Shown here piece after piece: positions 1 to 12,665 of a DNA stretch of 32,762 nt. The notes under the pieces were generated by a model. The model worked only from the letters and a program-made list of their open reading frames with translations, did no database searches and had not been told where the DNA came from. Origin of the DNA: Salpingoeca rosetta (lineage: Eukaryota > Protista > Choanoflagellata). How positions within the stretch are numbered: the first letter of the stretch is position 1; every line of letters starts with the position of its first letter. The stretch covers positions 2,010,230-2,042,991 of the forward strand of contig JAWQFM010000007.1 of the NCBI GenBank assembly GCA_033442325.1. The letters are read 5' to 3'. Made by a program: the position numbers and the translations under genes.

Positions 1-173
1 AGGGATGAGTGGCTGTGTGGTCGACAAAGATCTAACCGATGAAGACACACAAGACACACAGAGCCACATCAACAGGCAAGAGGAAACAAATGCCAACGCA
101 CAACACGTAGCATACAAACACACGACACAGAATGCGTGCAACAGGCACACAATACACAACACAGGTGCAACAC

Positions 174-208
<35 letters not shown>

Positions 209-263
209 CACACACACACACATACACACGCACCAAACAAACAATGCACACATTTGGGCTCAC

Positions 264-537
264 CCTTTGGTCGGAGCTCTTCGTGTGTGACGTTGAAGCC
301 GAGGCCTTGCAAACACTCAAAGAGCTCTGTGTATGTGAGGGCACCCTTGGGCCCTGCAAAGAGGTGGAACGCGTCCGCAAAGTCTGGCACACACAAAGGA
401 GAAGCGATCATGCATGGCACCGTGAGGGGAAAGCACAGCAGCATACTCCAGCAGCCATCCAAGCAAGATCAGCACACGCCAAGGTTGCAAGCAAGGTTGT
501 TGGAACGCCCTCAACAACACCCACCTCGTTGTGCCAT
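264..537 (-). CDS. 5' part of a small EF-hand (calmodulin/myosin light chain/centrin-superfamily) protein; gene continues toward or beyond the left edge
   Basis: Minus-strand exon 537-525 (ATG GCA CAA CGA G|GT) splices in phase to exon 383-264 (CAG|...|GTGAG). This gives MAQRDFADAFHLFAGPKGALTYTELFECLQGLGFNVTHEELRPK, resembling the 'FKEAF.LFD..G.I...EL...L..LG.N.T.EEL' N-lobe pattern with a degenerate Ca loop. A further acceptor may lie at ~32-34, but its frame is uncertain. Confidence 0.7.
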
Positions 538-702
538 GGTCGTTGTTGGTTGGTGTTGTTGTTTTGGTTTTTTTCGCTCGCAAAAACGAAGAAGAAGAAG
601 AAGAAGAAAATCACACACACACACGCATTCATTTCCACTGCCTTCTTGCTTTCCCTCCCCTTATCGCTCGCTTCCTCTCTCTCTCTTGCTCTCTTGCTCA
701 CG
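538..702. promoter_or_regulatory. Compact divergent (bidirectional) promoter region between the EF-hand gene and ECHS1
   Basis: Only 165 bp separate the two head-to-head start codons (537 minus, 703 plus). The interval contains (GAA)n, CA and CT tracts. Confidence 0.55.
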
Positions 703-3882
<3,180 letters not shown>

Positions 3883-4342
3883 GCTGCCCAGCCAGCGAGC
3901 CACCTCCAACTCAACTTTCCTTACTGTGTGATCCCAGGGTGGCATCGCGTCACGTGTCAAATGAATGTCACGCCTCGCTAATGTTGTTCCTCTCCCTCCA
4001 CACAGCACATAAACTGACTCCAAACCAACTCACTGAGAAATACACGCAAGCGGGGGCTACACACGCACAGACACACACATACACACGCGCGTGCGCTCCC
4101 ACCCCCGTTTCCACTTGTGTGTTTGACGTGTGTGCTGCGACTGACTTGAATGACTCTCTTAGTGATGCATGTGTACTATGTGATGGCGCGCACGTGATGT
4201 GACGCGGCCACACAAGAAGCACAAGGCAAAAGACAGAGCAGAAGAGAGGGACGAGAGAAAAAAGGTTGCCAAATCCAAATGCAGACCCAGCTCACCAACA
4301 CACACGCTTAACAAACACGACGACTCGGCTTGGGTGGTCGGC

Positions 4343-5439
4343 TTACTTGGTCTTCTTGGTGGTCTTCTTCTGCTGCTTGGCCTTCTTCACCTCCTTCTTC
4401 TCCTTCTTGGCCGCCTTGGACTGGGCCTGGGACTTGAGGACCTGCTTCACAATCTTCTGCTCCTCAATGAGGAAAGCACGAACAATGCTGCAAAAAAAAC
4501 CCCCGTATACGAGGCCCAGTAGGGGTGAAGAGTGTGAGGAGCGAGGTTCAGAATCGAAAAAGCTTGTCGGAGGGAGGGGGGCGAAGGTGGATAAATGTAA
4601 CACACACACACACACTCATGCACTCGCACGCAGTGTGCCTGCTGGGGCTACAGAGCACAGAGCGTGTGTATGCACACAAAAAATGGCGACAAGGAACAAC
4701 AACAGCAGCAACAACAAGCGACTGACCGGTTGCGGACGCACTGGTGGCACCGGGAGCCACCGTAGGCACGCTGCACTGTCTTCTGTTGCTTGGTCGCCCG
4801 GCTCATCTATGTGACAACGGGACAAGCACCCGAGGCGAGGGACGGCGTGTGAATGGGACAGCGTTCATTCAGGCCCACAAGGGCTTGATCGATTGCCCGG
4901 CACGGGCACGCGGGCATTCGTGCACGAATGCAACCGCAAGCGTATTGACCATGCTGCATTGGTTGGTTTCGGTACATGGCTGCTCGCCAACAAAGGAACG
5001 CGGCATCACCACCCACTCCTTGTCCTCGCTTCCCGCTCCCTCCCTCTGCGTCGCCCCATGTTTCTCCCCGCCTTCAAGCAAGCTCACCTGGTAGGGGCGC
5101 ATGGCGCGAATGCCGCTGAGGGTGGAGTGGCAGTCACCGCACTTGGGGATGGAACCCTGCTTCTTGCGGTACTGGAACACCAGGCGACCACCGGGGGTCT
5201 TCACACTGCGCAAGCAACGACACAACAAACAGCGGCGGCGGCAGCAGCGAGAGACAGAGAGAGTTGTCAGCACATGATGACAGCACGCACGTAGCAGGCA
5301 CAGGCACAACATCTATGAGCACACACTTTCACACATGTGCGCACACGAGCACGCACGCAGGCAATGGCACTTACACCCGCGTGCGGTTGCTCTTGGTGTT
5401 GTAGGAGTGACGGCGACGGTATGTGAGACGCTGCACCAT
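4343..5439 (-). CDS. RPL34: 60S ribosomal protein eL34 (L34), 4 coding exons
   Basis: Exons 5439-5375, 5205-5088, 4806-4727 and 4487-4343 give [112 protein letters not shown]... The eL34 signature and both CxxC pairs are present, with a Kozak-like CGCCACCATGG start. Confidence 0.97.
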
Positions 5440-5984
5440 GGTGGCGCTACAACAAGAAAGAGCAGAACACACGGAAGCAACAGACAGCAAACAGCAGTCG
5501 TGCGTGCGTGCGTGCGTGAGAAGGTGGGTGAGACGACGCCAGAGGGGCAACCAATCAAAAAATCACCTCTGCCAAGAAGTGGCACAACAGCTAACAACCC
5601 CACAAACATCAAAACACATGCACATGCAGGGGCATGGATATAGCAATGCACCAATCCCCGAAGCTGCTGCCGTTTCCTGCATCAGCCACCCGCTCATGAT
5701 CCCATGTACACTTGTGCACATGTGTCTTGAAGTGTGCAGCATCGCCACACACACACACACACATGGCACCGCGTGGACCGCTCATGGATCAATCAAACCA
5801 CCGCTGCTGTTGTCGTCTTTGAGCTGTGCGTTCGCGTGGTGCCCCGTTTGTCGACCCTGCTTCCCACCAACCCCACTTTCCTGTCCCCCACGCATCCTCT
5901 CTTCCACGGTGCCTTGGCCTCACTCGCATCAGCATCCAGCACGCATGCGGCACAGCCGCCACGCACATCAGGCAAGGCACTCAC

Positions 5985-6040
5985 GTTTGTTGGTGGTGTG
6001 GTGGCGGATGGCAGGGTTGAGGCACACACGAGGAAAAAGG
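5985..6040 (-). promoter_or_regulatory. Probable non-coding first exon of RPL34 starting with a 5'TOP-like pyrimidine tract; 5'UTR intron 5984-5447
   Basis: The minus strand reads CCTTTTTCCTC...CAAAC|GTGAGT (donor at 5984). A pyrimidine-rich acceptor, TTCTGCTCTTTCTTGTTGTAG, lies 7 nt upstream of the RPL34 ATG. Confidence 0.6.
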
Positions 6041-6792
6041 CAGCGGATAATTTCTCGTGGCCAAACCGCACAAATCAGCGAGAGAAAATTGCGAAAAGGC
6101 CGATTCTTTGTGCTTGACATAAACGAGAACCTCCAAATGATGATGTTGACGGATTTGGCTCTCCTGCTCAATTGAACGCTTTGGCGCATCTGGGTGCGGG
6201 CAGCCAAGCACACACACACAAACAGCGACGCCACTGCTACGACAACGACGACACACACACACACACACACACACACACCGACCGCGACCACTACGACGAA
6301 CGACCACCCCCTTCGGTGCGTGTCTGTGTCTGTGTGTGTGTGTGTGCGAGAGGGGGGAGGGAGGTGGAGGGTGCTGCTGCTGGCGAACGCGTGTGCGTTG
6401 TTGGAGAGTGCACCATGCGTCGCTGGTGTTGCTGGTGCTGCTGGTGTTCTTGGGCTTTGGGACGATGGCCAGCCATATGAAACACGCATCGCAGACACGC
6501 GGTTGCTGGCAGCCTCAATTGTAACGGCATCAGCCATCGCCTGGGGCTGGCAACAGCCCCTGCGCTGCTGCTTCCGGCTGTTTCTCCGCTTGCTCCCACG
6601 TGCACCGGCAGCGAACGTCCTCACACGTACAGACACACACACGCACACACACGCAACACCAACTACCACTACACGCACGCACACAGGGCAACAAGGACAC
6701 CGTTGCTGCACACCGTTGCCTTTGCTTTCGCGTAAATCGTAGCACCAGAGAACACCAACCAACCAGCCAACCAACCCACCAACCAACCAGCC

Positions 6793-8152
6793 ATGGATGT
6801 CGGCAAGTCTTTGGATGACCTGATCAAGCAGGAGAGCGCACAGCGCAAGGCCACCCGCACAACCAGCACCCGTGGACGCGGTGCTCGTGGCCGCGGTCGC
6901 GGTCGTGGCCGTGGCGGTCGTGGCGCTGGCCGTGGCGCTGCTGTTCCTCGTGTCACACCTATTGTTGGCACACAGCGGCCCGTTTCCATCCGAGGCGCTG
7001 GCCGACCCCGCAGAGGCACACCACGCTCACCGGTATGTGTGTTGTGTTGTGTTGTGTGCGTGTTGTGTTGTGTTGTGTTGTGCTGTGTTGTGTGCATGTT
7101 GTGTTGTGTTGTGTGTGTGTGTGTGTGTGTGCTCGTTCCTGTGCGTTGCTTGGATTGAAACGCAGTGTTCTGCTCATTCCTCCGCTTTTCGTGTTTGTCC
7201 ACCTTCGCCCCCCCCCCCCCACACACACAATCTCTGTGTCTTGCGTCGTTATCATTGACTCAACCCCACCCCATCCTCTTTCACGTCCTGTTCCCTGCAC
7301 CACCTTTGTGCTGTGCAGGGTGCCCGGACGATGCCAGACAAGTGGCAGCACGACCTGTTCCAGGGCGGCCGCACACAGCCAGCCCCTCGCGTTGCACGCG
7401 GCGCCGCACACAGCAGCGATCTGCGGGAGATGCTCCTGCCTGCAGCAAACATCAGCACCACCGGCACCCTTGCCAAGAAGCTGGGATCAAACGGGCTCAC
7501 CACAGGCACAAAGCTGCTTGTGACCAACCTTGAGTCCTCTGTGACCAAGGAGGACATGCGCGAGCTGTTTCAGGAGTGCGGCCCGCTCAAGCGTGTGGAT
7601 ATGCCTGAGGTTGGCGTGGCCGAGGTTGTGTTCTCGCGCCGGGTTGATGCCGTCAAGGCACAGACCACATACAACAAAGTCAAGCTCGATGGTACGATGT
7701 GTGTGTGTTTGGATGGGGGAGGGGTGTGTGCGTGTGTGTATGTGTGTGTGTGTTTGTGTTGTGTTTGTGTGTGTGTGTGTGTGTTTGTTTGTGTTGTGCA
7801 TGTGTGTGTGTGTGTGTTGGTTCGGCAATGGTGTGTTGCACAGCGTGGTCTGCCTTATTTGTCCAATCGCGTTCGTCGACGGATCCACGTGCTCTGTTGC
7901 AGTCAGCATTATTATCAGAATGTCGCGTGTGCTCACGCACAGGGTACCTTGGTTGTGCTTGCGTTTCTTTGCACAGGCCGGCCCATGTATTTGCAGGTTG
8001 AGGAGGCCGCGCCCACAGCAACGGCAGTCGCGCCCACCAAATCAAAGTCAGTTGCATGGTGTTTGTCCTGTCTTGCACCTTCCATTTCACCAACAACAGC
8101 AACAACAACAGCCAACAACCAACAGCAGCACCACCACCACCACAACAACAGC

Positions 8153-8207
<55 letters not shown>

Positions 8208-8364
8208 GCCAACAACCAACAACCAACAGCAGCCAACAACCATCACCACCACCACCACCACCACCATCAAGTGTTTTGCTGATGCCATGTTCGATGGTTG
8301 TTGAATCAGGGGTGGTGCAGCACGCCGTGGACCACGTAAGGTGCAATACACGGTCAAGGTGTAA
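6793..8364 (+). CDS. ALYREF(THOC4)/POLDIP3-family RRM protein (TREX mRNA-export adaptor-like), 4 exons
   Basis: Exons 6793-7032, 7319-7691, 7977-8046 and 8310-8364. Motifs: N-terminal UAP56-binding-like MDVGKSLDDLIK, an RG/RGG tract, PDKWQHDLF, and the RRM GTKLLVTNLESSVTKEDMRELFQECGPLKRV...GVAEVVF...AVKAQTTYNKVKLDGRPM. The last exon and stop (…RKVQYTVKV*) are less certain. Confidence 0.85.
8089..8266 (+). repeat. (CAA)n/(CAC)n trinucleotide tract in intron 3 of the RRM gene
   Basis: Direct observation; lies between the donor at 8047 and the acceptor at 8309. Confidence 0.85.
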
Positions 8365-8544
8365 TTGACAGCATGGTGATCATCGTGTGGTGCTTCTTCG
8401 TTCCCCCGACCTTTTGAGTTCCCTCCCTCACCACGGGCTTTGTTTGAGTGGACCTGCCCCCTTGTCCCTCTTTTTGTCTCCCTGCCCATGCCTCTTTTGC
8501 TCCTTCTCCTTGTGCCTTGCCATCTCGTTTTGGATTGCTGTAGA

Positions 8545-8578
<34 letters not shown>

Positions 8579-8678
8579 GGTGGTGGTGATGTCGGTGGCG
8601 ACAACGCCAAAGCCGTTTCGTTTGTGCCGGGTATTTCAGTGCGTCGGCTTTGGAGTTTGCCTGTGATAGCGACGGCCC

Positions 8679-8727
8679 GTGCGTGTGCGTGTGCGTGTGC
8701 GTGTGCGTGTGCGTGTGCGTGTGCGTG
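8679..8727 (+). repeat. (GTGCGT)n hexanucleotide microsatellite, downstream of the RRM gene
   Basis: About eight tandem copies seen directly. Confidence 0.85.
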
Positions 8728-9798
8728 ATTAACAAACAAACGATGAGAAAAAATAAAGTAGAGAAACCAAGGGAATGCCATGCGCAGTGGGGCGCGTAAG
8801 GGAACACACAAGCACACAAGAGAACACACAAGCAAGCCTCGTGACACAGCGTGAACGCAGTCGATTCTGCCTCCTGATGCTCTGGTGCTTGCTCGCGCTC
8901 TCATCCCCCCTTACGGACGCCATCAGAAGCCCTGCTGTGACGAAGCTTGCGGCTACGCAGAATACGAAAAAATAACAAAAGTAACCGACACGAAAGTTGT
9001 TAGAAGTTAAGGCAGACTTTCTTACATTGAAACTGGGCCAGCGGCCGCGAATGCGTGCAAGCAAAAAAGCAGCAGAGCCCGCACTGCAACAAAGACCGCG
9101 CTCCCTCGCACATCAGCCACCACCACGCCCCAATCACCCTTGTTCTGCTTCTCTTCCGCGCTTCGCCTTCCGCGCAGGCTGGTCTTCATCCACAAAGCAA
9201 CCCAGCCACCACAGCCCATTGATTGTTGCCACCAAGCGAGCAAGCAAGCGAGCGAGCGAGCAAGCAGGAGAAGACTCAGCTAGGGACGTACAAGAGGATA
9301 GTATCAGCCAAGGCACCAAGTGTAAACGATCTCTGCCAACCCAAGACGGCAGGCGCACGGACAGCGCAGGTGACAAAATCGCCTTGCACTCCCGACAAAC
9401 CGCGTGCCGTTTCGTGTCTTCGTGTGTGCTTTCCGTCTCTCTTTGCTGACACAGCAGGACTCCAACCACACACACGCGCACACACACACACACACACACT
9501 CTCTCTCTCTGTGCTAACACAGCAGCATTCCCAACCACATACACACACATACACACACATACACACACACACACTTTGAGCAGCACACGATCTTCCCACC
9601 TTCATCCCTCCTTGAGCGGATCCTGGGCTCTCCATTTGCCGCAATCCACCACAACCACAGACACACAGGACGACAACAGCACAGCCGATAGCGCAGCGAG
9701 CTGTTGACAGCACGCCCGCCCGCTCGCAAGCAAGCAAGCCAGCCTTGCTGCCGTCTGTTCGTCTGGCCTTGACTCCGCGAGCGCGTTGGTTCAAGACG

Positions 9799-10608
9799 AT
9801 GACGCGCCGCGACAGCTCAAGGCACCCCCATCCCCCGAGCAGGCCAGGGGCCGCGCAACGAACAGAAAAGGCAGCGGCCCCTCGTCACATGCACGGCCGT
9901 GCATGCAGCCATGCATGCTTGCCTGCAATGCATCGGGTGCATCACGCTGTTACAACAGACGTTCATTCACAAACACAAACACAACACCCGCAGCTGCAAC
10001 ACATGCAACTACAACACGTGCAACAACGCGTTGAACCTCATCACCACGCACTATGTCCACCACACATGGCATCTCCACAAGCACGAACACAACAACAACA
10101 GCAGCAGCAACATCACAAGCATGACCAGCAACAGCAACCACAACACAAGCACCAGCGACCACGCTTCGGGCGCTCGAGTCTTGGCCCTGCCATCGTGGCC
10201 CTGCTCCTGCTGTTTCTGGCGACAGGGCCAGCGGCTTTGATGCAGGTTCCTGCTGCTGCTGCTGCTGCCGCGGCGGCGCAGCAACACCATGTGCTTGCCC
10301 AAAGCCCAATTCTTAAGAAGGACACGCAAGCGCCGTGTTCGCCTGGGCAGTTTTGGAGCATCGATTTGCAAGCATGCGCACCCGTCACAACGTGTGCGCC
10401 GGGCACGGAGTATCAGCTTGCTCAGCCCACGGCGTCATCAGACAGAACATGTGCGCACGTGTCCACCTGCGGCTGGACGGAGATTGAGCTGTCTCCACCC
10501 ACACCGACAAGCGACCGCCTATGCATGGCGCTGGCCGCCAGCAGCGGGCCCAGGCCATCGCCTGTCGCCAGCCCACCACCACCGCAGCAGCAGCAACAGC
10601 AGCAGCAG

Positions 10609-10643
<35 letters not shown>

Positions 10644-12592
10644 ACTGTCGAGCAGCATGCACCTGGGCGACACGCGTCGCCATGCTGGAGAAGCCTATGT
10701 TGGCGGCGCTGCTTTTCAGGGCGGTGCTCAGAGCAACTCGCGCGAATGGCTGCAAGCACTGGAAGAACACTCGCAACAGCGAATGAGGCGCCAGGTTGGA
10801 GACAGCAGCACGCCCCTGCCAACGCCGGTGCCTTCCAGCACGCTGTTGGCGCCGTCGAGCTCCAGCACGGTGGTGCCCTTGCCATCTTCGCTCTTGTCCG
10901 CAACCGTGTCTCCAACACCAACGCCGGCAGCGTCCAGCTTCTCCTTCGTACCTACGCCTTCGCCGTCGGCTTCCGCCACGCTGGCACCCTCGCCATCCAT
11001 CTCCACCTCCATTGCGGCACCGTCGACGTTGATTGCAACACCAACCACAACGGTTGTTGCGCCGTCCCCGACACCAACGCCCACGTCGTCAGCGCTTGTG
11101 TCTACGCCGACGCCAACGCCAACGCCAGTGCTCTGCCCGGACGAGTTTTACCTGCTCGCCGGCTCCTGTGTTCCCTGCCGCGTTTGCAACGCCACGCAGT
11201 TTGAGGAGTCGCCATGCGCTGACAACCAGAACCGCGTGTGTCGGCCCCTGCGCGTGTGTGGCCCAGAGGAGTACGAGCTGCAGCCACCGACACCAACCAG
11301 CAACCGCGAATGCACAGACCTCGTGCAGCAGTGCCTTCCCATCACGCCAAACTACAACTGGCTCAGCCTGCACGTGCTCCCCGAAGACAGCAACACCATC
11401 TCCGCCCAGTTTCTGGCGTCGTTGGGGGCTGCTGTTGCTGGCGACATGCTCATCAGCAGCGAAGGGGCCGTCACGGCCACCCTCAACGCTTCCGGCACGT
11501 GGGAGAACCTCGACGCCTTCCCTTCCGTGTACGCTCGCCGATTTGATCTCAGCACCGCCGCCACCAACACCAGCGAGTGGTGCGTCCTCGGCGTGCCCGT
11601 GTCACCAGACCCAGGCCTGAGCCTGAGTGTCGGTCCAAACAGGATTGGCATCACGCTGCCACAGCAAACGCCAATCCAGACCGCCTTTGCCAACTTTCCC
11701 GGTCTCGTTGACAACACCGCCATTCTCAGCCAGCCGGAGAACGGAGGCGCGGCAACCTTCTTCAACGGTACCTGGTACACGTCGACAGATCTCAGCAACC
11801 ACCTCATCCCAGGCGTTGGCTACGTCCTCTTTGCACAGCAACCAGCCACCCTTGTCCTAGCTTCCAACTCCAGCGACACCAGCGATGATCGCCGCCGCCG
11901 CCGCCGCGACCTGGGCTATGGCAGCTCGGCTGCTGGTGCTCTGGGCGAGTTTGACATTGGTGATGCAGCTGCGTGGACAAGCCAGTCCCTGCACACCCTA
12001 CCACAGTCGTCACAACAGCAGCACCAGCGACAGCAGCAGCCAGCTGTGCTGAGCACGGGCTCTGACGCGTGGCTGGTGAGCTCGAAGAAACACCCACAGC
12101 AGCAAGGCCGCGTGCACGCTGCTGCCGATCATCGACGTGCAACCACCACCGTCACCATCTTTGCGCAAGTGTTTGAGGATGGGAACCTCATCAGCGCGCA
12201 TGGCTCCGCCCTCTCCGTGTGGCTGCTCGACCCTTTGATGACGTCAGCGTCATCCGCGACCTTCATCAACGCAACCTACGTTGCGGATGGGCCCGCCGGC
12301 CCCATGTTCATGATCACGGCGGTCGTGCCAGCCCCTTCCACAGCAGCACCAGCACCAGCAGCATCAGCATCGCAGCAGCTGCAACAACAGCAGCAACAGC
12401 AGCTGCTGCTACAGTTTGCAGTGCTGGATGCGGACACCCAGCGCGTGCTCGCTGTGGAGGACACGCTTTCGCTACCCAGCGACGCAGACGGGTCAGCAAT
12501 CACGCACGGACATGCATTCCGTCCAATCCCGCTCTCCGTGTCTGCGCCCGCATCAGCCACCGGCAACACCCCTCCCTCGCAGCACCAACAGC

Positions 12593-12665
<73 letters not shown>

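Noticed and set aside
5968-6786. 272-aa minus-strand ORF between RPL34 and the RRM gene
   Set aside because: Low complexity, runs through microsatellites and the presumed promoter region, and shows no recognisable domain or codon bias.
8544-8728. Possible extra last exon of the RRM gene (TAG|ATGATGAT...; poly-D/poly-G)
   Set aside because: It would encode only simple repeats ending in (AC)n peptide. Read-through of exon 4 to TAA at 8362-8364 gives a more plausible C-terminus, though this is not excluded without RNA data.
8997-9449. 150-aa ORF upstream of the giant gene
   Set aside because: Non-ATG start and no motif; more likely promoter or 5'UTR sequence of the giant gene.
9745-9798. TTG start given by the ORF track for the giant protein
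   Set aside because: This is a eukaryotic gene; the first in-frame ATG is at 9799.
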